Source: Kiritimatiellia bacterium (GTDB lineage Bacteria; Verrucomicrobiota; Kiritimatiellia; RFP12; UBA1067). From it: a DNA stretch of 64,000 nt. The position numbers were made by a program, and so were the translations under genes. The DNA lies in contig JBMNFY010000001.1 of NCBI GenBank assembly GCA_050949565.1, positions 96,001 through 160,000 on the forward strand, read 5' to 3'. Numbering within the stretch: the first letter of the stretch is position 1; each line of letters opens with the position of its first letter. Shown here piece after piece: positions 19,338-27,867 of the stretch. Under the pieces are notes generated by a model, which made no database searches, had not been told where the DNA came from, and saw nothing but the letters and a program-made list of their open reading frames with translations.

Positions 19338-20243
19338 ATGAAATACGATAAAAACCACGCGTTGCTTGAGAGTTTTATTCCGGGAGTGTCCGCGCCGAAA
19401 CGGGGCAAGGTCCGCGACCTGTATGATCTGGGCGATCGTCTGTTGCTGGTGGCGACCGACCGTATCAGTGCGTTTGACGTGGTGATGCCGAACGGCATCC
19501 CGGACAAGGGGCGGATTCTGAACAGCTTGAGTGTGTTCTGGTTTGACCTGCTGGACGACATGCCGAATCATCTCATCACGGCGGACGTCGATCAATATCC
19601 GGCAGAGCTTCAGGCGGTGAAAGAGGATCTGCGCGGTCGTTCGATGCTGGTCAAGAAGGTGGCGATTATTCCCTTCGAGTGCATCGTACGCGGTTACTTG
19701 ACCGGCTCGGGCTGGAAGGAGTATCAGAAGTCCGGCACGGTCAACGGCCAGTCGCTGCGGGCGGGCTACCAGAATGCCTCCAAGCTCGACACGGTGCTCT
19801 TCACGCCCAGTACCAAGGCGGAGTTGGGCGAGCACGACATGCCGGTGACCGCCGCCGAGCTAGAGCAGGCGCTAGGTGCCGACAAGGCGCGTACGCTGGC
19901 TGAGCGCTCAGTGGCTTGTTACACGAAGGCAGCCGACCACGCAGCGGCGCGCGGCGTCATTATTGCGGACACCAAGTTTGAGTTCGGCGAGGATGAGCAG
20001 GGGCGTCTGGTGCTGGCGGACGAGGTGCTGACGCCCGACTCCAGTCGTTTCTGGCCCAGCGAGAGTTACGCAGTGGGGAGCAATCCACCCAGTCTCGACA
20101 AGCAGTTCGTGCGTGACTGGCTGGACAGCGTTGCCTTCAACCACCAGCCGCCCGCACCGATCCTGCCGGACGAAGTAGTCGCCAAGACGCGCGCGAAGTA
20201 CGTCGAGGCCTACGAGACCTTGACTGGGCAACGCTTCGAGTAA
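19338..20243 (+). CDS. purC: SAICAR synthase
   Basis: GKVRDLY, LLLVATDRISAFD, ECIVRGYLTGSGWKEY, FTPSTKA, IIADTKFEFG, DEVLTPDSSRFW, SLDKQFVRDWL. Confidence 0.97.
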   Translation: MKYDKNHALLESFIPGVSAPKRGKVRDLYDLGDRLLLVATDRISAFDVVMPNGIPDKGRILNSLSVFWFDLLDDMPNHLITADVDQYPAELQAVKEDLRGRSMLVKKVAIIPFECIVRGYLTGSGWKEYQKSGTVNGQSLRAGYQNASKLDTVLFTPSTKAELGEHDMPVTAAELEQALGADKARTLAERSVACYTKAADHAAARGVIIADTKFEFGEDEQGRLVLADEVLTPDSSRFWPSESYAVGSNPPSLDKQFVRDWLDSVAFNHQPPAPILPDEVVAKTRAKYVEAYETLTGQRFE

Positions 20244-20411
20244 CGAAGCGCAGCCAACCCGGTCACAAATAGCGCTGTACTCTTCTCACACGAAGGCAAA
20301 GCACTAAGGTTTTGGGGAGGGGCAGGGCTGACCGCAAGTCGCAAGTCGCGGGTCACGCACGAGTCAACCTCTCTTGTTGCGACCACGCAGTGGTTCGCAA
20401 CAAGAGAAGGC

Positions 20412-20945
20412 CTACTTGCTCGCCGCGTCTGCGGGGGCGTCGTCTTTATCCTTCGACGCGGCCTTTTTCGGCGCTGACTCCGTGGGAGCCGATTCCTTCG
20501 ATGCTGGCTCGGGATCGGATTTCAGTGGTGCTTTCAGGGCGTCGCTGAAGCCCATGCTTTCCGCCGCCCGTAGCAGTTCATCGTCCGCCGTAGCCACAAG
20601 ACAAGTGATGTCGTGTACGGATTTGAGTTCGAGCAGAGTAGCGAGGTGGATGGCCTGCACCGTGCCAACGGCCGTGGGAAAGGCGTCGGCCGCGCGTTGC
20701 AGCACGCCGTCGGTGACCGGTACGATCGTGACGCTTTTGCAGACCCGCTCGATCCAAGTGCCGAGCCGCGCGCGTTGCTCATCATCCAGTTTCCCGGAGA
20801 GACGCAACAGGTTGGCGGTGCGATAACACTCCGTGCGCATCAGGGCGCTGGCGTAGGCTGCGTCCCATGCACCCCAGCCCGGCCAAGGGTTTTTGGTTCC
20901 GACCAGTTGCCGGATGACAAGGGTCGAATCGAGATAGACGGTCAT
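20412..20945 (-). CDS. PIN-domain (VapC-like) toxin with low-complexity C-terminal tail
   Basis: VYLDSTLVI..., SALMRTE, QAIHLATLL, VATADDELLRAA; overlaps the antitoxin stop codon. Confidence 0.8.
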   Translation of the reverse strand: MTVYLDSTLVIRQLVGTKNPWPGWGAWDAAYASALMRTECYRTANLLRLSGKLDDEQRARLGTWIERVCKSVTIVPVTDGVLQRAADAFPTAVGTVQAIHLATLLELKSVHDITCLVATADDELLRAAESMGFSDALKAPLKSDPEPASKESAPTESAPKKAASKDKDDAPADAASK

Positions 20946-21199
20946 CTTTTTTTTCTTTCCTGAATGAGTTGTTTGACGGGGTCGGTATCAAGACCGAAAC
21001 CGCCGATCTCCTTGAGTTCCGAGGCCGGCCGGGTCGGCTGCACGAGCGGAAGTCGGCCGGTCTCGCCGTCATCAGCCAGAATGCGCGCGATCACGCGCTT
21101 GTGACTGGTGACCAACACTTCCTTGCCTTGACGCGCAAGGCCCAGGTAGTGGCTGAGCTTTTGTTTAAGCGTAGCTGTGTTAACCGTTGTCATGTCCAT
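20942..21199 (-). CDS. Phd/YefM-family antitoxin
   Basis: TVNTATLKQKLSHYL..ARQGKEVLVTSHKRVIARI; ATGA overlap with the PIN gene. Confidence 0.85.
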   Translation of the reverse strand: MDMTTVNTATLKQKLSHYLGLARQGKEVLVTSHKRVIARILADDGETGRLPLVQPTRPASELKEIGGFGLDTDPVKQLIQERKKR

Positions 21200-21330
21200 A
21201 TAGTAGACATATCGTGTCCACTTTTGCAAGTGCAATGTGAGAAAAATCGCGTGACATTTTCTTGTTAAATGTCACAATGGAAGTCCTTTTTTTTGGCCCG
21301 CATCAGGAGCTTTTGGAGAACGACCCCTTT

Positions 21331-23238
21331 ATGAAAAAGCGTGAACAGAAAAAAGCGGCCGCCGCAACGGCCGCGCCGCGGATCCGTATTACCGATACCA
21401 CCCTGCGCGATGCGCACCAGTCGCTCTGGGCGACCCGTATGCGCACCGACGACATCCTCGCCATCGCTGAGGTCGTGGACGGTGCCGGGTACTACTCTCT
21501 GGAGTGTTGGGGCGGCGCCACCTTTGATGTCTGCCTGCGTTTCCTGCGCGAGAATCCTTGGGAGCGCCTGCGCCAGTTGAAGTCGGTCTGCAAAAAGACG
21601 CCGTTGCAGATGCTGTTGCGCGGCCAGAACATCCTCGGGTACAAGAACTATCCGGATGATGTGCTGGAACGTTTCGTGGCGCTGGCCTGCGAGAACGGCA
21701 TGGACATCTTCCGTATTTTCGACGCACTGAACGACACGCGCAATCTTGAGCGGGCGATTCAGGCGGTCAAGAAGTACGGCGGTCACGCGCAGGGCACGAT
21801 CTGCTACACGTTCAGCCCGGTGCACACCGTTGATAACTTTGTGGCGATTGCCAAGGAGCAGGTGTCGATGGGCATCGACACGCTCTGCATCAAGGACATG
21901 GCCGGTATTCTGACGCCGGCAGCGGCCACTGAATTGGTGGGGGCGTTGGTCAAGGCGGTGAAGGTACCGGTCCAACTCCATTCGCACATGACCAGCGGCA
22001 TGGCTGCGGCGATGTACCTCTCCGCCGTTAAGGCCGGTGCGGGTGCGATCGACACTGCGGTTTCGACCATGTCTGGTTTTTCATCACAGCCGCCCACCGA
22101 GATCATGGTGGCGATTCTGGAAGCCGAAGGGTATGCGACCGGACTCGATCCCGTTAGGGTCGCCAAGGTCAACGCTCACTTCCGCAACCTCAAAAAGGTG
22201 CGCCAGCCCTCCTCGTCCGGCGCGGTGGAGTCGGTGGACGCCGACGTGCTGCGCCATCACATCCCGGGCGGTATGATCTCGAACCTGCGCTCGCAACTCC
22301 AGCAGCAGGACGCGCTGGATCGCCTGCCCGAGGTGCTCGAAGAGTTGCCGCGCACCCGCGCCGACATGGGGTATCCGCCGCTCGTCACGCCGACCAGCCA
22401 GATCGTCGGTGTGCAGGCTGTGCTCAATGTGCTGGCCGGCAAACGTTACGAGATGGTCACGCAGGAAACGCGCGACTACGTCAAGGGGCTCTACGGCCGC
22501 TCGCCCGCTCCGATCGATCCCAAGTTGGCCAAGAAGATTCTCGCCGGTGAAAAGCCGGTCTCCTGCCGTCCGGCTGATCTGCTCAAGCCGGGGTTGGCCG
22601 ACGCCGCCGCACAGATCGATCCCAAGCTGATTGAGAAGGAAGAGGACATCCTTTCGTATTGTCTCTTCCCGGAAGTGGCGCTCGGTTATTTCAAGTGGCG
22701 CGCCAAGCCTGTTGACCAGCGCGATGCGATTCCGGCTGACATTGAAGAGGGCAATGGCCCCAAAGCAGAGGCGCAGGCGCAAGCAGAAGACGCCGCGCCG
22801 GCAGCCCAAGCCGACGCCGAGACACAGCGTCTCGCCGAAATCGGCCGTTTTGTCGTGTCACTCGCCGGGTTGGTGCAGGGCACGGGGCCGGTCGCTCTGC
22901 CGACCGCCGCTGCGCCCGTCCCGCCGCCGTCCGCTCCGGTCGTGACGGCTCCCGCCGCCAAGCCTACGAAGCCCGAGAAGGCGGCGGATGCCGCACCGCA
23001 AGGGCCGACGATCAACGCGCCGTTGAGCGGAACCTTTTACCGTTCGGCCGGCCCCGGCAAGCCCGAACTCGCCAAAGAAGGAGACAGCCTCAAGGCAGGC
23101 GATCCGCTTTGCATCGTGGAGGCCATGAAGCTCTTCAACCAGATCAAGGCGGATAAGCCGCTCAAGATCGTGAAGTTCATGGTCGAGCACGGTGCTGTGG
23201 TGTCGAAGGGCCAGCCTTTGGCGGTTGTCAGCTACTAA
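21331..23238 (+). CDS. Pyruvate carboxylase subunit B / oxaloacetate decarboxylase alpha (carboxyltransferase + biotin carrier)
   Basis: TDTTLRDAHQSL.ATRMRT, LECWGGATFD, IKDMAG, HSHMTSG, IPGGMISNL, YPPLVTPTSQIVG, biotinylation site EAMKL. Confidence 0.93.
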   Translation: MKKREQKKAAAATAAPRIRITDTTLRDAHQSLWATRMRTDDILAIAEVVDGAGYYSLECWGGATFDVCLRFLRENPWERLRQLKSVCKKTPLQMLLRGQNILGYKNYPDDVLERFVALACENGMDIFRIFDALNDTRNLERAIQAVKKYGGHAQGTICYTFSPVHTVDNFVAIAKEQVSMGIDTLCIKDMAGILTPAAATELVGALVKAVKVPVQLHSHMTSGMAAAMYLSAVKAGAGAIDTAVSTMSGFSSQPPTEIMVAILEAEGYATGLDPVRVAKVNAHFRNLKKVRQPSSSGAVESVDADVLRHHIPGGMISNLRSQLQQQDALDRLPEVLEELPRTRADMGYPPLVTPTSQIVGVQAVLNVLAGKRYEMVTQETRDYVKGLYGRSPAPIDPKLAKKILAGEKPVSCRPADLLKPGLADAAAQIDPKLIEKEEDILSYCLFPEVALGYFKWRAKPVDQRDAIPADIEEGNGPKAEAQAQAEDAAPAAQADAETQRLAEIGRFVVSLAGLVQGTGPVALPTAAAPVPPPSAPVVTAPAAKPTKPEKAADAAPQGPTINAPLSGTFYRSAGPGKPELAKEGDSLKAGDPLCIVEAMKLFNQIKADKPLKIVKFMVEHGAVVSKGQPLAVVSY

Positions 23239-23244
23239 GCATTC

Positions 23245-24213
23245 ATGCGATATCGGCCCCAACATCTCGTGGAGTATGGCGCGCTGCGCGGTGTGGCCGC
23301 CCTGCTCCATGTGCTGCCGTACCGGGCGGCGCTGGCGGTGGCTTGGGGCTTCGCCGCTATCGCTTTCCATCTCGTCCGCTTCCGGCGGCGTGAAACGGCG
23401 CGGCGTATCCGCGAGGTGTTCGGCGATACGATGTCCGACCGCGAGGTGCGCCGGATCGCTTGGCTCTCCTTGCGCAACATGGCCTTCAACATTGTGGAGA
23501 TGATGCGGGCGCCGCGCATCGACCGCGTATGGATCGATCGCCACATTCCCACGTTTCGCGATCACATCGGCAAGGTGCAAGAGTTGATCGCGGAGCATGG
23601 GGGAGCTGTCATTGCGGTGCCGCACATGGGCAACTGGGATCTTGCCGGCTGGGCTTGCCACCGCTACGGCATTCAGATGTTCAGTATCGCCGGCAAGCAG
23701 AAGAATCCGCTGGTAAATGCGTGGATCAACCGTCTGCGCGAATCCGGCATGACGGTTCTCGAACGTGGCAGCGGTACGCTCAGGCAGATCATCAAGCTAC
23801 TACGCGGCGGTAACGTGTTGGCGATCCTGCCGGACGTGCGGGTCTACACGCCCGACTTGCAGGTACCCTTTCTTGGCTCGACCGCCAATGTCGGGCGTGG
23901 CATGGCGATGTTTGCGATCACCGCGCGCGTACCGATCATTCCGGCGATCCTGCGGCGTGAAGGATGGGGGCGTCACGGCTTCGATCACCTCCCCGCCATC
24001 TTCCCTGATCCCACGCTGAGCAAGGAAGAAGACGCCCGCCGTATCACGGAGGCTGTCCTGGCAAATGTGGACGCCGCGATTCGGCAGGCGCCCGAGCAAT
24101 GGTTTTGGTATAATAAACGCTGGGTGTTGACGCCGGTCCGTGGTGTCGCGCCGGCAGCACCGTCTACCCCTGACGAGAATGAAAGGAACACAAATCATGA
24201 TCCGAGTGAATAA
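23245..24213 (+). CDS. Lipid A late acyltransferase (LpxL/HtrB family)
   Basis: HMGNWD motif, [17 protein letters not shown]. Confidence 0.88.
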   Translation: MRYRPQHLVEYGALRGVAALLHVLPYRAALAVAWGFAAIAFHLVRFRRRETARRIREVFGDTMSDREVRRIAWLSLRNMAFNIVEMMRAPRIDRVWIDRHIPTFRDHIGKVQELIAEHGGAVIAVPHMGNWDLAGWACHRYGIQMFSIAGKQKNPLVNAWINRLRESGMTVLERGSGTLRQIIKLLRGGNVLAILPDVRVYTPDLQVPFLGSTANVGRGMAMFAITARVPIIPAILRREGWGRHGFDHLPAIFPDPTLSKEEDARRITEAVLANVDAAIRQAPEQWFWYNKRWVLTPVRGVAPAAPSTPDENERNTNHDPSE

Positions 24214-25420
24214 GCATTACGCCAAGTTGCAATCATCCTATCTCTTTTCCGAAATCGCCAAGCGCGTCAAAGCCTACCAAACCGAAAATCCCGAAAAGAA
24301 GGTGATCCGTCTCGGCATCGGCGATGTGACTGAGCCGTTGCCACCCGCCTGCATCGAGGCTTTGCACAAGGCGGTCGACGAGATGGCCGCACGCGCGACG
24401 TTCCGCGGATACGGCCCGGAGCAGGGCTACGACTTCCTGCGCGAGGCCATCGCACAGAACGACTATCGGGCTCGCGGTGCCCAGATCAACGCGGACGAGG
24501 TGTTTGTGAGTGACGGCGCGAAGTGCGACACCGCGAACATTCAGGAACTCTTCGACGACAAAATAACGATCGCTATCCCTGATCCCGTGTATCCGGTCTA
24601 CGTCGACACCAACGTGATGGCGGGGCGCACGGGCAAGGCCAGCAAAGGCCGCTACAAGGGATTGGTCTATCTCGACAGCACGGTCGAGAACGGCTTTGTG
24701 CCCGCGCTGCCCGAACAGCCGGTTGACCTGATCTATCTCTGCTTCCCGAACAACCCCACCGGCGCGACCGCCACGCGTGAGCAACTCGCCGCTTGGGTGC
24801 GTTATGCGCGGGACAACAAGGCGCTGATTCTGTTTGACGCCGCGTATGAAGCCTTTATCCGCGATCCGGCGTTGCCGCGCAGCATCTACGAGATCGAAGG
24901 CGCGCGCGACGTGGCGATCGAATTCCGCAGCTTCTCCAAGACCGCCGGTTTCACCGGCACGCGCTGCGCCTTCACGGTGGTGCCGAAGTCAGTGATGGCC
25001 TACACCAAGAAGGACGAGGCGGTGGCGTTGCATCCGATGTGGAACCGCCGCCACACCACCAAATTCAACGGTGTTTCGTACCCGATCCAGCGCGCGGCCG
25101 AGGCCGTCTACTCGCCGGAGGGCAAGGTACAGACACGCGCGCTGACCGACTTCTATCTCGGCAACGCCGCGCTGATCCGTGACACGCTGGCCGACCTCGG
25201 CTTCGCGATGACCGGCGGTGAGAACAGCCCTTACATCTGGGTCAACGTCGGCAAGGATTCTTGGAAGTTCTTCGACAAACTGCTGAAACGCGCACAGGTG
25301 GTCACGACGCCCGGTGCGGGCTTCGGCCGTTGCGGCGAAGGTTTCATCCGCATCAGCGCCTTCAACAGCCGCGAGGCGGTCGAAGAAGCCATGCAGCGCC
25401 TGCGCAAAGTGCTCAAGTAA
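24197..25420 (+). CDS. dapL: LL-diaminopimelate aminotransferase
   Basis: [77 protein letters not shown]. Confidence 0.96.
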   Translation: MIRVNKHYAKLQSSYLFSEIAKRVKAYQTENPEKKVIRLGIGDVTEPLPPACIEALHKAVDEMAARATFRGYGPEQGYDFLREAIAQNDYRARGAQINADEVFVSDGAKCDTANIQELFDDKITIAIPDPVYPVYVDTNVMAGRTGKASKGRYKGLVYLDSTVENGFVPALPEQPVDLIYLCFPNNPTGATATREQLAAWVRYARDNKALILFDAAYEAFIRDPALPRSIYEIEGARDVAIEFRSFSKTAGFTGTRCAFTVVPKSVMAYTKKDEAVALHPMWNRRHTTKFNGVSYPIQRAAEAVYSPEGKVQTRALTDFYLGNAALIRDTLADLGFAMTGGENSPYIWVNVGKDSWKFFDKLLKRAQVVTTPGAGFGRCGEGFIRISAFNSREAVEEAMQRLRKVLK

Positions 25421-25432
25421 CTTGCCTATAAC

Positions 25433-25510
25433 TTAAGCGTTAAAAGTTGAACGTTGAGCGTTAAACGTTTTTTAACTCAGCACGCTGAACGTCGAACTCT
25501 GAACTCTGAA
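25433..25510. repeat. Inverted pair of degenerate heptamer arrays (TTGAACG-type)
   Basis: TTAAGCG TTAAAAG TTGAACG TTGAGCG TTAAACG, then AACTCAG CACGCTG AACGTCG AACTCTG AACTCTG. Confidence 0.75.
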
Positions 25511-25529
25511 GTCGAAAACACCTTGCCTA

Positions 25530-25650
25530 TGACTTGCACCTATTACCGCCGTGGGAACTTGAAGTCGCAAATTGCGACTTCAAGTTCCCAGCCTCCTGCG
25601 GAGTCAAACAAATGCAAAATCCGACGAGAACCGTCTTTATTGAGTGTGCG
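25530..25650 (-). pseudogene. Decayed ORF6N-domain gene fragment
   Basis: Minus strand reads RFSSDFAF/(1-nt shift)/LTPQEAGNLKSQFATSSSHGGNR then a stop, matching RFPEDFSFTFSKIGWEAVTALRSQNVILKRGQHR of the intact ORF6N gene. Confidence 0.7.
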
Positions 25651-25833
25651 ACGTAGGCACTGATCTCAGTGCTCCGCAAGTCAGGCTAAAAAATTTGGAG
25701 TGCGGCGGCAAGCGGTATTCCGCGCGACGCCGCTTTTTGAGCGAGCAGTTCGAAAAGCGGAGCTGCGACCCGTGAGCAATGTAGTTCCCATCTGCGCTGA
25801 CCGAATGCGTTGTTGCCTCTTCTTTTACCCTCT

Positions 25834-26886
25834 TTAAGGAGTATTACCCTTTTTACGCCATTTGGCACCAGGGCCGCGTCCGACGCATTCGACAAGGCCG
25901 CGATCTTTGAGTTTCCGTAGCAGATGACGGATCATATCGCGGCTGACACTTGGACAGAGGCGCTCAACGTCCGCGACACTGAAATCTGTCAAGAACGACT
26001 GAACCGCCTGCTCGACAAGTTCGGTTTTTTCACCGCGTGGTGCGGCGATCCGACCGGCGCGTTCTTCAAGTTCATCATAGGCTTTCTTGATGATGAAAAG
26101 CAGGAAGCCGATGTAGGGCCAAGGGTCGTGCTTGCTCTCGTGCCAGCCTTTGGAGCTGATCTGGAGAGTTTCGTAGTATCGCTCCTTGTTATCCTCGATG
26201 AGGCGTTCGAGGCTGACGTAGCGTCCGACGTCGATGCCGACGTGATAGCAGGTGAGTAGCAAGAGTAGGCGGGAAACGCGGCCGTTGCCGTCACGGAAGG
26301 GATGAATACAGAGGAAATCAAGGTTGAAGGCCGCCAGCAGGATGAGCGGTGAGATGGTGTGCGCACAGATTTGATCGCCCCACAACTCTACGAGTTTGCG
26401 GATGTGGGCTGGCGTTTTGGCAGGCGACACGCTACGAAAGCGGACACGGTGATCGCCGTTGGGCAGGCGTTCGATGATGTCGATCGGTTTGTCCTTATAC
26501 TGGCCGGCATCCCAGATTTCGCCGCGACTGAGCTTGTGAAGCGAGAGGATGGTCTCCTCTGAGACCGCGAGTACCGCGCCCCGCTCGTGAATGAGATTCA
26601 GGGCGTTACGATAGCCTGCGACCTCTTCTTCATCGCGATCTTTGAGAGCGGGACGTCCAAAGACAACCGTCCCGATGCGAGTCTGATCAATCTCGACCCC
26701 CTCGATGCGATTTGAGGAGACGCTACTTTGGGCGATGGCGTGTTCGCGTAGCACCTTGAGTTTTTGCGGTGATTGTCGGGTGAAGAGATCCTGAAGACCT
26801 TGGGCGCGTCCGATGTCGGACAAGTACCACGAGACGGTCATGGGGATGCTTAGCGCGTGTTGTTGGATGAGTTGGAGGGTTTTCAT
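25834..26886 (-). CDS. Fic-family protein (AMPylase) with C-terminal wHTH
   Basis: SSNRIEG, canonical HPFRDGNGRVSR, C-terminal CPSVSRDMIRHLLRKLKDRGLVECVGRG. Confidence 0.93.
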   Translation of the reverse strand: MKTLQLIQQHALSIPMTVSWYLSDIGRAQGLQDLFTRQSPQKLKVLREHAIAQSSVSSNRIEGVEIDQTRIGTVVFGRPALKDRDEEEVAGYRNALNLIHERGAVLAVSEETILSLHKLSRGEIWDAGQYKDKPIDIIERLPNGDHRVRFRSVSPAKTPAHIRKLVELWGDQICAHTISPLILLAAFNLDFLCIHPFRDGNGRVSRLLLLLTCYHVGIDVGRYVSLERLIEDNKERYYETLQISSKGWHESKHDPWPYIGFLLFIIKKAYDELEERAGRIAAPRGEKTELVEQAVQSFLTDFSVADVERLCPSVSRDMIRHLLRKLKDRGLVECVGRGPGAKWRKKGNTP

Positions 26887-26898
26887 CGGTTTTACCTC

Positions 26899-27525
26899 TT
26901 ACCTACTGCTTCGTGTCCGGCGGCGGGCGGCGTATTTGGCGGGGGATTCTTTCACGCTGAAGCCGATTTTGCGCGGGGGTGGCGGCGGGGCGGGATGCTC
27001 TGGCGGGTCGATCAAGTCCAGAATGCGTTGCATCACTTCAACAATGGCGGCGTCGTGCGAATCGAGGCGTGACTTGACCTCGCATTCAAGCGTTGCCAGT
27101 TTACGCGCCAGCTCACGGGTATCAGAGAGCGCGGCTCGCATTTTCGTGAAGGCGCGTACCACGAAGACGCTCATCTCCATCGCCCGCTTGCTATTGAGCA
27201 CATTAGCCGCCATCAGAGCGCCGTGCTCGGTGAAGACGCGAGGCGGATGCTTGCGATGTTGTCCGCGCTTTAAGATCACATTTTGTGATCTTAAAGCTGT
27301 AACGGCTTCCCATCCGATTTTTGAAAACGTAAAGGAGAAATCCTCCGGGAAACGGTCTGGATTGCGCTTGACCTGCTGGTTGAGGGTGCGGACTTCTGCG
27401 CCGTATATCTCCGCCAAGTCGCTATTGAGAATCACCCTTTCGCCTCGGATGGTAAGGATCCGGTCTTGCAGATCGGGTACGACATCAATCTCCTGTTTGG
27501 CCTGTTTCCTTTGGGGTGTGCTCAT
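26899..27525 (-). CDS. ORF6N-domain DNA-binding protein
   Basis: ILTIRGERVILNSDLAEIYG.E.RTLNQQVKRNPDRFPEDF, VFTEHGALMAANVLNSKRA..MSVFVVRAF, PPPRKIGF. Confidence 0.92.
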   Translation of the reverse strand: MSTPQRKQAKQEIDVVPDLQDRILTIRGERVILNSDLAEIYGAEVRTLNQQVKRNPDRFPEDFSFTFSKIGWEAVTALRSQNVILKRGQHRKHPPRVFTEHGALMAANVLNSKRAMEMSVFVVRAFTKMRAALSDTRELARKLATLECEVKSRLDSHDAAIVEVMQRILDLIDPPEHPAPPPPPRKIGFSVKESPAKYAARRRTRSSR

Positions 27526-27716
27526 CTTTTTTTCTTAGAGTGATCAAATCAAGTACCGCGCATGATAACCTCATGCGCGGAATTGGACAAGGCAGGTTTT
27601 CGCGCACAGCTGCGCTGCCGCGCTGTGCGCGTTGTGCGCGGAGTTGACATTTAGGAGTTAGGATTTAGGAGTTTTTTGTATGGTTGCGGGGGGGCCACAG
27701 AACGTTCAACTTTCAA

Positions 27717-27785
27717 GTGGCACGGGCATCTTGCCCGTGTTTCATGGGCGGGACGCCCATGCCATGAGGGTTTTTCAAGAGCCTC
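27717..27785 (+). repeat. REP/MITE-like element copy 3
   Basis: Core 27717-27765 plus right terminus GGGTTTTTCAAGAGCCTC. Confidence 0.88.
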
Positions 27786-27867
27786 TGACATGGCAGAGGG
27801 CAGCTTTGTGGCGTCAGCCCTTGGCGTTCTTCATTTTGGAGAACTTCGTGAACGATGTTGTTTCACA

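Noticed and set aside
25834-27525. Prophage remnant (ORF6N is phage-associated)
   Set aside because: No integrase, structural or replication genes nearby; treated as a small accessory island
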